A DNA stretch of 39,336 nt, taken from positions 1 through 39,336 of the forward strand of contig JBDHHQ010000037.1 of NCBI GenBank assembly GCA_039589315.1. The letters are read 5' to 3'. This DNA is from Gemmatimonadota bacterium. GTDB taxonomy: Bacteria; Gemmatimonadota; Gemmatimonadetes; Longimicrobiales; Gaopeijiaceae. Below, one piece after another: positions 9,928 through 19,910 of the stretch. A program made the translations under genes and the position numbers. The notes under the pieces were generated by a model. It was not told the DNA's origin. It saw only the letters and a program-made list of their open reading frames with translations, and searched no databases. Every line of letters begins with the position of its first letter. Positions within the stretch are counted from its first letter, which is position 1.

Positions 9928-11121
9928 CTATGCCACCGCGCTGGCCTTGAGCGCGTCCAGCGCCTGCCGGAAGTCGGCGATGAGATCCTCCGGATCCTCC
10001 ACGCCCACCGATACGCGGACGAACCCGTCGGGGAGCCCCTGTGCCGCTCGCTCGGGTGCGCTCAGCGACACGTGCGAGGTATGGCGGGGTTGGGAGACGA
10101 GCGTCTCCACACCGCCGAGGCTGGGTGCCTGCAGGGCGACCGTCAAGGAGGCGCAGAACGCGTCGGCCGCGGCGCCACCGCCGTCGAGCTGGACGCCGAC
10201 CATGCCACCGAATCCGTTCAAGATCTCGGTGGCCAGGGCATGGTCCGGGTGACTCGGCAGGCCGGGGTAGAGCACGCGCTCGACCTCGGGCTGGGCCTCG
10301 AACCACTCCGCCACTGCCTGCCCGTTCCGGTTGTGGCGCTCCATTCGTAGAGGTAGCGTCTTGAGCCCCCGCTCGAGGAGCCATGCGGCGTGAGGGTCGA
10401 GGGCGGGGCCATAGAGCTTCAGCATGTGCTGCACCTCGCTGATCAGCGAGCGCTCCCCGGCCACCACGCCCGCGATCAGGTCGGAGTGTCCACCCAGGTA
10501 CTTCGTCGCGCTGTGGATCACGATGTCGACACCGTGCTCCTTGGCGTGGAAGTTGATCGGCGAGGCAAAGGTCGTGTCCACCGCCAACATCACGCCGGCT
10601 TCGCCCGCCAGTCGACCCACGGGCCTCGGATCGAACACCCGCATGGTGGGATTGGTGGGGATCTCGAGGAACAGGAGCCTGGTGTTCGGCCGCATGGCCT
10701 GCCGCCACTCCCGGCTCGACCCCGGATCCACGAACGTGGTGTTGATCCCCCGCCTCGGAAGCTCCTCCGCCAGCAGTTGGCGCGTTGTGCCGTAGAGGTG
10801 GCGGGACGCCACGATGTGGTCACCGGAGCGGGTCAAGGCCAGGAACGTCAGCGCGGTGGCGGCCATGCCGCTGCCGAGTGCGAGGGCGGACTCTGTGCCC
10901 TCGAGGGCGGCGACCTTCTGACCCACCGCGACCTGGTTGGGGTTGTTGCCGTACCGGGTGTACAGCAGCTCTCCCGTGTCCGCGCCCCCACCCCCGAAGA
11001 ACGTGGCGCTTTGAACCAGCGGACCCACCACCGGGGCACCGGCGGTCGGCTCGGGCGACCCAGCGTGAACGCCCAGCGTGGAAGGGCCGGGACCACCTGT
11101 GGACTTGTTGCGCGCATCCAT
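9928..11121 (-). CDS. Cys/Met metabolism PLP-dependent enzyme (cystathionine gamma-synthase/lyase or methionine gamma-lyase family)
   Basis: YTRYGNNP, SGMAA, E.PTNP, VD.TFASP, HSATKYLGGHSD (PLP lysine) and SLGGVETL motifs. Confidence 0.93.
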   Translation of the reverse strand: MDARNKSTGGPGPSTLGVHAGSPEPTAGAPVVGPLVQSATFFGGGGADTGELLYTRYGNNPNQVAVGQKVAALEGTESALALGSGMAATALTFLALTRSGDHIVASRHLYGTTRQLLAEELPRRGINTTFVDPGSSREWRQAMRPNTRLLFLEIPTNPTMRVFDPRPVGRLAGEAGVMLAVDTTFASPINFHAKEHGVDIVIHSATKYLGGHSDLIAGVVAGERSLISEVQHMLKLYGPALDPHAAWLLERGLKTLPLRMERHNRNGQAVAEWFEAQPEVERVLYPGLPSHPDHALATEILNGFGGMVGVQLDGGGAAADAFCASLTVALQAPSLGGVETLVSQPRHTSHVSLSAPERAAQGLPDGFVRVSVGVEDPEDLIADFRQALDALKASAVA

Positions 11122-11284
11122 CCGGAACCTGCCTGCGGGAGTTGCGGAGCGGCGGTCAGGGCGGCCGCGTTCGACGTGAAGAAAGGTAGATCCGGCCGCC
11201 AAGGCCAGCAATCGTGCACCTGGGCCCCCGGCGTCGCTTCGTTCCGTCCGGCACGAGTCCCGGGCCGGTGTGGGCCCCCCTGGC

Positions 11285-11869
11285 TCAGCCCAGGTCCCGC
11301 AGCACCGCGCTGAACGCGTGCACGTGCTCCCCGCCCCCGGGCCGAAACACCAGCCGTCTGTCCTCCAGCAGGCCCAGCGCGGCCCGGTCGATCTCCTCTG
11401 GAAGCACTTGCTGCACCTCGTGATCGCCGATCCTTCCCCGGCTCTCCAGAAGGTCCCAGACGCGAGCTTCGCCCGTGGAGCGGGGACCGATCAGCTCGAA
11501 GCCGCCGTGCTCGCCGCGCGCCACCACGGCCAGGCTGTGCCGCTCCATCACCACTTCGATGGCGTGGCGGTGCGCGTGCCCCACGCCGGAGACGACGAAG
11601 AAGGCCTCGCCGGGCCGATCGTCGCCCAGGTAGCGCATCAGGAGCTTGGCCACGACCTCGTCGGCGCACGAGAAGTCGAGCAGCGAGACCTCGGAGAGGT
11701 CGATCAGGGACAAGGCCGGCTGGGATGCCTCCGCCAGTTGGCTCTCGATGGCGTAGCGCACGGCGCGACCCGTGGGTCGGGTCACCAGGCTCGAGTAGAG
11801 CGAAGCGACGCTTCGCTGCACCAGACCGGCCACGTCGATGGCCAGCGGGTCGACTCGTCGGCTACTCAT
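11285..11869 (-). CDS. STAS-like (DUF4325-like) domain plus putative C-terminal winged helix
   Basis: ATG overlaps the 3' end of the upstream gene. 'LIDLSEVSLLDFSCADEVV' is a STAS-type motif; the C-terminal 'RVWDLLESRGRI...AALGLLEDRRLV' is wHTH-like. Confidence 0.65.
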   Translation of the reverse strand: MSSRRVDPLAIDVAGLVQRSVASLYSSLVTRPTGRAVRYAIESQLAEASQPALSLIDLSEVSLLDFSCADEVVAKLLMRYLGDDRPGEAFFVVSGVGHAHRHAIEVVMERHSLAVVARGEHGGFELIGPRSTGEARVWDLLESRGRIGDHEVQQVLPEEIDRAALGLLEDRRLVFRPGGGEHVHAFSAVLRDLG

Positions 11870-12755
11870 CCTCGGGAGCCCGGGCGGGGAGCACGATGTT
11901 GATCTGAGTCCCGGGAAAGGGAGCGAGCCCATCCGCGAGGGGCGGCGCGTCATCCCAGTGGGGGACGTCCGCGATGCGGGCCGTCCCACTACGGATCGAG
12001 ATGCCGCCGTCCCAGCGACGGACCTGTTTGCGAATCTGCTGGATGCCCTGTCCCCTCCCCGAGTCCGGGAACCGCGTGAGCCCATGAATGAAAGCCGCCT
12101 CGAGAGCGGTCGCGTCGGCCCATCGGTCCCCGAACCGGGCGGCATGCTCGTCGGCCAACGATCCGCGGAATCCCCGTCCGAGATCCGTGACCGCGATGAC
12201 CAGCACGTGGCGTCCGAGGCGGCGGGCCCAGTTGTACGTCTGGGCCGCTACCCACCCCGGGGCCTCTGCGTGCTCGATGATGTTCTGGCATACCTCCGAC
12301 AGAATGACCGAGAACTGCACCACCGCCGACGGCGGATAGCCCAGGGTCTTGGACAGGATGGTCCCCGCGCGGGTCTGGACCCGGTCGACGACGGCGTGGA
12401 CATCCGAGTTGGTGGCGATCGGCGTGATCTCCAGCAGCACGTCGGAGTCCCGTCCGGTTCGCCTGGGGACGCGGAGATCCAGCTCGAAGAGGTCCTCGGC
12501 CTCGGCGAAGAAGCCCATGCGGCTCAGGTAGCTCACCGTGTCCGAGGCTTCGGAGAGCTGGATCCGGGAGGGGGCCCCCGTCCGGTCCCGGACCACACGG
12601 CCGGCCGCCAGAAGTCCCACCATGCCGTAGGGATCGACCCACCGCAGGTGTCGAGCGTCGAACAGCACCTTGCCCTCGTGGGCGTGATCGATCTCCGCCA
12701 CCAGCTGGTCGAAGGTCCTCGCGTCCAACGAGGCGGGAACGTCGACCACGTTCAT
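11862..12755 (-). CDS. STAS-like + HATPase_c (RsbW/SpoIIAB-like) ATP-binding protein
   Basis: N-terminal 'FDARHLRWVDPYG' (STAS-like); GHKL boxes SEVCQNIIEHA, DLGRG, GRGQG and FPGT. No His-phosphoacceptor helix is evident. Confidence 0.8.
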   Translation of the reverse strand: MNVVDVPASLDARTFDQLVAEIDHAHEGKVLFDARHLRWVDPYGMVGLLAAGRVVRDRTGAPSRIQLSEASDTVSYLSRMGFFAEAEDLFELDLRVPRRTGRDSDVLLEITPIATNSDVHAVVDRVQTRAGTILSKTLGYPPSAVVQFSVILSEVCQNIIEHAEAPGWVAAQTYNWARRLGRHVLVIAVTDLGRGFRGSLADEHAARFGDRWADATALEAAFIHGLTRFPDSGRGQGIQQIRKQVRRWDGGISIRSGTARIADVPHWDDAPPLADGLAPFPGTQINIVLPARAPEDE

Positions 12756-13783
12756 CGATCATCCCCCACCCCGAGGCGGCCGCTGAGATGGTGGTGGAGG
12801 CCGCGGGCGCCGTGATGCTCCACGTTACGCCCGGCCATGCGATTGGCGGCCGACATCGCCCCGTCCAGCGCCTCGCCGGACAGGAGGCGAGCGAACAGGG
12901 TGGCACCCCACACGTCGCCACAACCGGTGGGGTCGCCATGGCGGGGTGGACCCGGGAGCGGGATGCGGCGGCTACGACTCGCGCCGGACGCGGCCATCCG
13001 GCCGCGGGTGGATGGCCACTTCAAGGGATCGTGGTCGAAGTGTGGCCCTGCCACGTAGGCGGCCCCCTTCGGACCGAGCGTGACGGTGATCAGCTTCAGC
13101 TGAGGGCTCACCGCCCCCGCCGCCAGGTGCCAGGGGTCGCCCCACGCCTTCCCCAGCAGCTCGAACTCGTCCTCGTTCATCTGGACCGCGTCGAAGCACC
13201 CGAGCCAGGCCCGCCATCCCTGGAGCTCCCGCGGGTACCGGTCGCCGTGGCTGCCGATCCCCAGGAACAGGGAGTGCAGGTCCGCATACATGGGCCCTCC
13301 GAAGCCCGACCTCAGGGCCACGGCCGTGTCGAGCTCCATCTCGAATCCGGAGATGAAGTTCACGTAGAGGGCGTCGCATTGGCGTACCAGCGGCGCCAGC
13401 TCCGGCCACACCCAGGCTGGCACGCCCCCGCTCAGACGCTCCGTGCGGCGCCCCTCGTCGAGGTAGCGTAGCTCGACCCGGTTGTTTGGTTCGGGCACGA
13501 CCCGCACTCCGGGTCCCGGGTCCACGCCGGGAATCTGGTGAAGAAACCGGAGAGCACGCTCGGAGAGGTCCCGCCCCACCTTCATGATCGGGACGACAGT
13601 CCACGACTCGTCGAGGGTGGCCACCAGCGCCTGGAGCGCGTACGAGATCCCCCCCCACTCCTCAACGGGGCCGCGTGCCGGGTCCCGGGGATGGATCCGG
13701 TCCCAGACCAGTGTGCCCACGACACCCAGACGGCGCCGCTGTGCCTGGGGGCTGGGTCCCGCGAGGTCCGGGGCCACGATCAC
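12752..13783 (-). CDS. PfkB/ribokinase family carbohydrate kinase
   Basis: GG motif (EWGG), MNEDE, VTLGPKGA and DPTGCGD signature. GTG at 13783 overlaps the ROK stop (GTGA). Confidence 0.85.
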   Translation of the reverse strand: MIVAPDLAGPSPQAQRRRLGVVGTLVWDRIHPRDPARGPVEEWGGISYALQALVATLDESWTVVPIMKVGRDLSERALRFLHQIPGVDPGPGVRVVPEPNNRVELRYLDEGRRTERLSGGVPAWVWPELAPLVRQCDALYVNFISGFEMELDTAVALRSGFGGPMYADLHSLFLGIGSHGDRYPRELQGWRAWLGCFDAVQMNEDEFELLGKAWGDPWHLAAGAVSPQLKLITVTLGPKGAAYVAGPHFDHDPLKWPSTRGRMAASGASRSRRIPLPGPPRHGDPTGCGDVWGATLFARLLSGEALDGAMSAANRMAGRNVEHHGARGLHHHLSGRLGVGDDR

Positions 13784-14775
13784 ACGGAGCCGTACGTGAG
13801 CTGCTTGAAGAGTCCGGCGGCCCCGATGATTCCAGCGGTCTCCGGCAGCTCGGCAGGGAGCACCTGGCACGCCTCGGCAGCCGACTTGAAGGCCCGGCGG
13901 CGGATTTCGGCCCGCAACGGCACGAACAGGTGGTCCCCGGCCCGGGTGACGCCCCCGGCGATCACCACGCACTGCGGATTGAAGATGTTGATGAGGTTGG
14001 CCACACCTGCGCCCAGGATCTTGGCCGTCTCCACCATGACTTCATTGGCGTAGGGATCACCCTGCACGACCGCTTCGTACACCGTGTATGCGGTGATCCT
14101 GTCCAGTTGCCCGTCCACCATGTGCCGGAGGGTCGACTCGGCGCCCGCCTCGATGCCCTCGACAGCCCGGGCCGCGATGTTGGGACCGGACGCGTAGGCC
14201 TCGAGGCAGCCGTAGTTTCCGCACTTGCACTTCCGGCCCGTGAAGTCGATGGTCATGTGACCGATCTCGCCGGCAGCGTCGCTGGCCCCGTGGAACAGCT
14301 CGCCGTCCACGATGATGCCGCCCCCGATGCCGGTCCCGAGCGTGACCCCCACCAGACTCTGGCTGCCCTTCCCGGCCCCCATCCACCATTCCCCGAAAGT
14401 GGCGCAGTTGGCGTCGTTGTCCAGCCAGGCCGGAAGGCCCACCTCGTTGCTGATGAGATCCCTGAGCGGGAAGTTGCGCCAGCCCAGGTTGGGTGTATCC
14501 AGGACCACCCCGGACTCTCTGTCCAGCGGACCCGGCGACCCGATCCCCACGCCGGCCAGGCTCTCTCTGTCGTGGCCGTGCTCCTCGAGCACCTCGCTCG
14601 TGGCCTCGCCGATCATGCGGACGATTCGGTCGACCACGAATTGTGCCCCGCGGGCCGCCTCGGTCGGAAGCGTCCGCACTCCCACCGGCAGTCCGCCCCC
14701 GATGGGCATGACGCCAACCTTGATGTTGGTGCCTCCGACGTCCACGCCGACGATCCAGCGCCTTGGGTCGCTCAC
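13780..14775 (-). CDS. ROK family sugar kinase (glucokinase-like)
   Basis: GVDVGGT, GSPGP, NDANCA..GE, GTGIGGG and GEIGH..CKCGNYGCLE motifs; no N-terminal HTH. Confidence 0.93.
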   Translation of the reverse strand: MSDPRRWIVGVDVGGTNIKVGVMPIGGGLPVGVRTLPTEAARGAQFVVDRIVRMIGEATSEVLEEHGHDRESLAGVGIGSPGPLDRESGVVLDTPNLGWRNFPLRDLISNEVGLPAWLDNDANCATFGEWWMGAGKGSQSLVGVTLGTGIGGGIIVDGELFHGASDAAGEIGHMTIDFTGRKCKCGNYGCLEAYASGPNIAARAVEGIEAGAESTLRHMVDGQLDRITAYTVYEAVVQGDPYANEVMVETAKILGAGVANLINIFNPQCVVIAGGVTRAGDHLFVPLRAEIRRRAFKSAAEACQVLPAELPETAGIIGAAGLFKQLTYGSV

Positions 14776-15848
14776 CGGGGGTCCCCTCCGATCGGTTCGG
14801 TCGTGTCACTTCGCACCGCCAGCGCCGCGACACAGGCGTCCACTACCGTCGCTGGCATGATTCCCTCCAGGCAATCGTGGTGACCCAGGGGGCATTCTCT
14901 GGCGAAGCACGGGCTGCACGATAGCTCGCGCCAGAGGATCGTGCGCCTGTCCGTCAGCGGCGGCGTATTCCGGGGAGACGTGGAGCCGAAGAGGGCTACC
15001 GTGTGAACGCCTGCTGCGGCGGCCAGGTGCATGAGGCCCGAGTCGTTGGAAACCACGCAGCCGCACAGCGAGGCCAGGTCGACGGCATCGACGAGGCTCG
15101 TCCTCCCGGCCAGGTTGGTCACCCCGGGCCCGACGGCCCCCTCGATCCGTTCGCCTACCGCACGTTCCTCATCGGCGCCGAAGATCCACACGGGTCGACC
15201 CATCTCGACCAACGCTTTGCACAAATCAATCCAATGCGTTTCTGGCCAATGCTTTGCGGGGCCGTACCTCGCGCCGGGCGCCAACCCCACCGGTGCCGTC
15301 TCGAGGTCCAGTCCCAGCCTCGCCACCACCCGATGCCGGTTGGCCGCATCCACCTGGAGAGCCGGGTGCGGAAGCTCGGCGTCCCCGAGCTCCTCGCCCT
15401 CGTCCAGCGCCAACGCCACGTAGCGCCGGTGGTTCAGCGGGTACGTCCCCGGCTCCGCCTTGCGAAGGTCGTTGAGGAGTCCCCAGCGGGCTTCGCCCAG
15501 GGTCCCGGTCCGGCGGGGAATCCCGGCGATGGCCGGGATGAGGGCCGATTTGAATGTCCGCTTCACCACGATGGCCCAGTCGTACTTCCGGGCCCGAAGC
15601 GAACGTCCGATGCGCCAGCGGGCCCCAAGGGCCAACTGGCCGGGGCCTGCGGGAAGCACGATGGCGCGGTGGACCTCGGGCATTCGCTCCAGGAGGGGCC
15701 GGGACCAATCCGGAGCGATCACGTCGATCTCGGCCCCCGCATGCCGCAGGGCGAGGACCCGGAAGAGGGTCTGGGCCATGATCATGTCGCCCACCCAGGC
15801 CGGACCGGCCACCAGAATCCGCCTGACCCCCGACCTATCGGCGCTCAT
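14772..15848 (-). CDS. waaF: Lipopolysaccharide heptosyltransferase II
   Basis: GPAWVGDMIMAQ, GEARWGLLND, PGA.YGPAKHWP, NDSGLMHLAAA and CSPCF.RECPLGH..C motifs. Confidence 0.9.
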   Translation of the reverse strand: MSADRSGVRRILVAGPAWVGDMIMAQTLFRVLALRHAGAEIDVIAPDWSRPLLERMPEVHRAIVLPAGPGQLALGARWRIGRSLRARKYDWAIVVKRTFKSALIPAIAGIPRRTGTLGEARWGLLNDLRKAEPGTYPLNHRRYVALALDEGEELGDAELPHPALQVDAANRHRVVARLGLDLETAPVGLAPGARYGPAKHWPETHWIDLCKALVEMGRPVWIFGADEERAVGERIEGAVGPGVTNLAGRTSLVDAVDLASLCGCVVSNDSGLMHLAAAAGVHTVALFGSTSPRNTPPLTDRRTILWRELSCSPCFARECPLGHHDCLEGIMPATVVDACVAALAVRSDTTEPIGGDPR

Positions 15849-15912
15849 GGCTGCCGCCGGGGCTGCGTCGTCAGGCTGGCCCCTCCGGGGCGGGCGTTCG
15901 GCACCGACCACG

Positions 15913-17712
15913 TCAGTCGCCGAGCTGGAGCATGGCGAGGAAGGCCTCCTGGGGAATCTCGACGGAGCCAACCTGCTTCATCCGCCGCTTCCCTTCCCTC
16001 TGCTTCTCCAACAGCTTGCGCTTGCGCGTGATGTCGCCCCCGTAGCACTTGGCGGTCACGTCCTTGCGTACGGCCTTCACGTTCGTGCGCGCGATCACCT
16101 GGGAGCCAACGGCGGCCTGCAGCGCCACCTGGAACTGTTGGCGGGGAATCAGGTCCTTCAGCCGGCGCACCAGGTCCCGGCCGTATTCATAGGCCTCTTC
16201 CCGGTGGATGATGACGCTGAACGCGTCGACCGGGTCGCCGTTGACGAGGACATCCAGCTTGACCAGGTCGTCGGGGCGGTACTCCAGGAACTCGTAGTCC
16301 AGTCCCGCGTAGCCCCGCGTCCCACCCTTCAGCTTGTCGTAGAAGTCGAGAACGATCTCCGCCAGGGGAAGCTCGTACGTGAGCTCGACGCGCTGGGTGT
16401 CGAGGTACTGCATCCCCTTGAACACGCCTCTTCGGTCGTGACAGAGCTTCTGTACGTTGCCGATGTACTCCGCAGGGCAGAGGATGCGAGCGCTGACGAC
16501 GGGCTCGGAAACTGTCTCGATTCGCCCCGGGGGTGGGAGGTGGGAGGGGTTCTCTACGCGCAGCTCCTCCCCGTTCGTCAGATGGACGTGGTACTCCACG
16601 TTGGGAACGGTGGTGATGAGGTCGACACCGAACTCGCGCTCCAGGCGCTCCTGGATGATCTCCATGTGGAGCAGACCCAGAAACCCGCACCGGAACCCGA
16701 AGCCCAACGCCGTGGATGTCTCCGGCTCGAAGTGGAGGCTCGCGTCGTTCAGGCGAAGGCGTTCCAGGGCGTCGCGCAGGTCCTCGTAGTCGTCGGCGTC
16801 GGAGGGAAACAGCCCCGCGAACACCATCGAGCGGGCCTCCTGATACCCCGGCAGCAGCGTCGGAGCCCGATTGTCCGCGTCCAGGACGGTGTCGCCCACC
16901 CGGGTATGGGCCACCTCCTTGATGGCGGCCACGAGGTACCCGACCTCCCCTGGACCGAGCTGTGGCTGTGAGACACGGCCGAGGCGCATGTACCCCACCT
17001 CGGTGACCTCGTACCGCGCAGCCACGGCACCGAACGTCACGGACATCCCGGGTGCGATGACCCCGTCGACCACTCGAATCGACGGGACCGCCCCTAGGTA
17101 CTTGTCGTAGTACGAGTCGAAGATCAGGGCCCGCAGCGGACCGTCCGGATCCCCGGTGGGGGGGCGCACGCGATGGACGACCGCCTCGAGGAGCTCCGCC
17201 ACCCCGACCCCCTCCTTCGCGCTGGCCAGCAGGACGCTGTCCGTGTCCACGCCGAGCAGATCGGCGATCTCGTCTCGGCGACGCTCAGGCTCGGCGCCGG
17301 GCAGGTCGATCTTGTTGATGACCGGAATGACCTCGAGGTCGGCTTCCAGCGCCAGGAACAGATTCGAGAGGGTCTGGGCCTGCACGCCCTGGCTCGCGTC
17401 GACGACCAGGATCGCCCCCTCACAGGCGGCAAGAGACCGGGACACTTCGTAGGTGAAGTCCACGTGCCCCGGCGTGTCGATGAGGTTGAGCTCGTACTCG
17501 CGACCGTCCGCGCCCCAGTAGTCCATCCGGACAGCGTGGAGCTTGATCGTGATCCCCCGCTCCCGCTCGAGCTCGTTGGAGTCGAGGACCTGCTCCCGCA
17601 TCTGTCGGCTGTCCAGGGTGGATGTCGCCTCAAGGAGGCGGTCGGCCAGCGTGGACTTACCATGATCGATGTGGGCGATGATGCAGAAGTTACGGATCTG
17701 CTCGATCTGCAC
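15913..17712 (-). CDS. lepA: Elongation factor 4 (LepA)
   Basis: [47 protein letters not shown] and [20 protein letters not shown] 17712 gives 599 aa; ATG 17775 is an alternative. Confidence 0.97.
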   Translation of the reverse strand: MQIEQIRNFCIIAHIDHGKSTLADRLLEATSTLDSRQMREQVLDSNELERERGITIKLHAVRMDYWGADGREYELNLIDTPGHVDFTYEVSRSLAACEGAILVVDASQGVQAQTLSNLFLALEADLEVIPVINKIDLPGAEPERRRDEIADLLGVDTDSVLLASAKEGVGVAELLEAVVHRVRPPTGDPDGPLRALIFDSYYDKYLGAVPSIRVVDGVIAPGMSVTFGAVAARYEVTEVGYMRLGRVSQPQLGPGEVGYLVAAIKEVAHTRVGDTVLDADNRAPTLLPGYQEARSMVFAGLFPSDADDYEDLRDALERLRLNDASLHFEPETSTALGFGFRCGFLGLLHMEIIQERLEREFGVDLITTVPNVEYHVHLTNGEELRVENPSHLPPPGRIETVSEPVVSARILCPAEYIGNVQKLCHDRRGVFKGMQYLDTQRVELTYELPLAEIVLDFYDKLKGGTRGYAGLDYEFLEYRPDDLVKLDVLVNGDPVDAFSVIIHREEAYEYGRDLVRRLKDLIPRQQFQVALQAAVGSQVIARTNVKAVRKDVTAKCYGGDITRKRKLLEKQREGKRRMKQVGSVEIPQEAFLAMLQLGD

Positions 17713-17853
17713 GTGAGCTCGGCGCTGGCGGCGGATGGCGATCACCTGCGCCCCGGTACGACCGCGTCGCGCCATCCGTTCCGTGCGAGGGCGCTCAAGC
17801 GCCTCGCTCGTGTGGAGGATCGGTCGGGGCCGGCCTGGGGCAGAGAACCTCTG

Positions 17854-17882
17854 AGTATAATCGTCCCGGAATGGGGGTTCAA
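17854..17882 (-). promoter_or_regulatory. Sigma70-type promoter for the lepA operon
   Basis: Minus strand TTGAAC-N17-TATACT. Confidence 0.7.
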
Positions 17883-18028
17883 TCGACGGGCCTACCCACG
17901 TACCGGGGCCGTTCCGGCTCGGTCTCACAGGCCGCGGACGGCCCCGCTGGCGGACCGGGGCGGACCGCAGTGCGCGGTCGGGACCGCAGGGGACTACGAC
18001 AGCGGGCGACGGCGAGCGCGCTGGAGCG

Positions 18029-19708
18029 CTAGGCGGAGTTGGGCGGCCGGGACCTGCGCACCGAGCCGCCGCTCCGGGACGGGCTCGGGGCCGGACGCCC
18101 TGCAGTGGGTGGCCGCGACGGCGCCGGACGGGCGGACCCGGCGTTGGGCGGACGTGAGCGCGATGGACGCGCCGCCCCCCCGGGCGGACGGGACGGAGCC
18201 GGACGGACGGATCCACCGTTGGGCGGACGCGAGCGCGACGGACGCGCCGATCCCCCGGGCGGACGGGACGGGAGGGAGCGGGTCACGCCACCGGTCATGG
18301 TCGGGGTGCCCGACCTTCCTGGTCGGACCGACCCCGAGCTCGGTGGCCGCGCCGGGGTGGGTCCGATGCCCCCGCGATTCGGCGGGCGGGGGGGAACCGG
18401 TCCGGCCTTGCCACGGCCGGGCGGGCGCGAGGGCCGCCGGATCACGCCCGTCGGACTGCCTACGCCACCCGTGGGGCGAACCGAGCCCGTTCCGTCCTGT
18501 CCGCCGCTGGGCGGATCGAGCTGGCTCGAGGGCCGCTCCCGCTGTGGATCAGGGCGGCGCTGGAGTACGGGTCGTGAGCGACCTTCGTCTCCCGACCGCG
18601 TCGTCCCGCTCGGCGGCGCGGTGGGCCGGGTCGTGGGTGTCGCACGGGCGTCACCTCCTCGGGCCGGCGGTCGGCTCGCATCGGGGGGCGTCGCCCGTCC
18701 GGGCCACGGGACGACGATGGGCCGTTCCCGCTCGCCGGGCCGGGCGAAATCCGGATCGGTCGCGCGTGTGGGAATCCGCGTCGTTCCCGGTGCACGTCCC
18801 TCCGTCGCCCGCGGGACCCGGTCCGCCGACGGCACGCCGGTCGAGGGCTCGGTCCCGGGTGTCCTGCGACGCTCCGTCTGGTCGACGTCGGCGGCCTCTG
18901 CACGCGTGGTCAGGAGCGGCGTTCCAGGCTCCCCACGGGCCCGCTCCTTGAACACGAACCTCGGTTGATGTCTACGTGCCGGATAGACGACGGCACCTCC
19001 TCCGTACCGATACGTCGGGTAGTAGAAGGGGTCGTTGTAGACCACGACGCGAAAGCTCGTGCACGCGTAGTAGTAAGGGTTCCACGCGTAGAACGGCGTG
19101 AAGCCGTGACAGTCGTAACAGAGGAACCGGGGGTAGGCCTGATGCTCTCCCACGTGGTAACTCGTGAAGTCGAGCCCGTAGGCCGCGGTCTCCCAGTCCG
19201 GGACCAGCGCGGCTACGTAGTCGTCGATGGCCTCGTACGGATCGGTGTAGACCTGGCGGCCAACCTGGCTGAGATCCCACCCGCCGTCGTAGTACGAGTA
19301 GGGGAAGAGCGAAAGATCCAGAGGGCTCGGGGAGGCCACGATGAAGAAGTAGCCGATGCCGGCATAGTCGTCGACGAACCAGTAGGACGTCTCGGGGAAG
19401 AGCACCCGGTAGTCCCGTGCGCCGTTGACGATCTGGTTTTCACGAGGGGACCGGGGAACGACCAGACGGACGGTGCCGTCCGTGTTGACGTGGAAGATGG
19501 CGACGTTGGCGTCCTCGGAGACCCTGTAGTAGACGCGAACCCGCTCGCCCCGTTGGAGCACGGGCTCCGCACCCCGGTCCAGCCAGATGCGTGCCTCGAG
19601 CTCGTAGCCATCCCACGATTGGCCGCCACCCTGCTGCGCCGCGCCGGTGCCCGGCGTGGCCAGCACGGCCGTAGCCGCCACCGCTGCCATCACCGCGCGA
19701 ACTACCAT
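18029..19708 (-). CDS. Secreted DUF4384-like protein with a CXXCH motif, Tyr-rich middle and long Pro/Arg/Ser/Gly disordered tail
   Basis: GGAGG 6 nt before ATG 19708; signal-peptide-like N-terminus; '[32 protein letters not shown]' fits the DUF4384 pattern; LCYDCHG. Confidence 0.7.
   Translation of the reverse strand: MVVRAVMAAVAATAVLATPGTGAAQQGGGQSWDGYELEARIWLDRGAEPVLQRGERVRVYYRVSEDANVAIFHVNTDGTVRLVVPRSPRENQIVNGARDYRVLFPETSYWFVDDYAGIGYFFIVASPSPLDLSLFPYSYYDGGWDLSQVGRQVYTDPYEAIDDYVAALVPDWETAAYGLDFTSYHVGEHQAYPRFLCYDCHGFTPFYAWNPYYYACTSFRVVVYNDPFYYPTYRYGGGAVVYPARRHQPRFVFKERARGEPGTPLLTTRAEAADVDQTERRRTPGTEPSTGVPSADRVPRATEGRAPGTTRIPTRATDPDFARPGERERPIVVPWPGRATPPDASRPPARGGDARATPTTRPTAPPSGTTRSGDEGRSRPVLQRRPDPQRERPSSQLDPPSGGQDGTGSVRPTGGVGSPTGVIRRPSRPPGRGKAGPVPPRPPNRGGIGPTPARPPSSGSVRPGRSGTPTMTGGVTRSLPSRPPGGSARPSRSRPPNGGSVRPAPSRPPGGAARPSRSRPPNAGSARPAPSRPPTAGRPAPSPSRSGGSVRRSRPPNSA
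18117..18271. repeat. About two copies of a 75-bp imperfect tandem repeat (25-aa unit [25 protein letters not shown])
   Basis: CGTTGGGCGGACG occurs at 18142 and 18217, and CCCCGGGCGGACGGGACGG also recurs at a 75-bp offset. Confidence 0.85.
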
Positions 19709-19745
19709 TTCCACCCTCCAGGACGCACTTTACACCATTCCTGGT

Positions 19746-19761
19746 TGCACGGGTCGTGCCA
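19746..19761 (-). promoter_or_regulatory. Putative sigma54 (-24/-12) promoter for the DUF4384 gene
   Basis: Minus strand TGGCAC-GACCC-GTGCA (GG-N10-GC), about 38 nt upstream of the ATG. Confidence 0.55.
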
Positions 19762-19910
19762 CGGCCCGGGCTCGGGCCTGGTGGCACGCCGGGTTCGCGG
19801 GACCGGAAAGCGTCCTCAAACGTGGACGCTCGCGGCAACCGTTTAGGACAGTGGCGCGTCCGCTTACAGTCCGGGCCCGTGACTTCAGAAAGATAGGTTT
19901 GGCGCCGCCG

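Noticed and set aside
9914..10708. N-terminal extension making a 1052-aa penicillin acylase fusion
   Set aside because: It overlaps the PLP enzyme gene in another frame; it is a high-GC open-frame artefact. The same applies to the extended starts listed for lepA, pruA, ftsE, holB and surA.
17856..17861. Perfect TATAAT on the + strand
   Set aside because: It overlaps the minus-strand -10 box of the lepA promoter; there is no matching -35 and no sense gene downstream.
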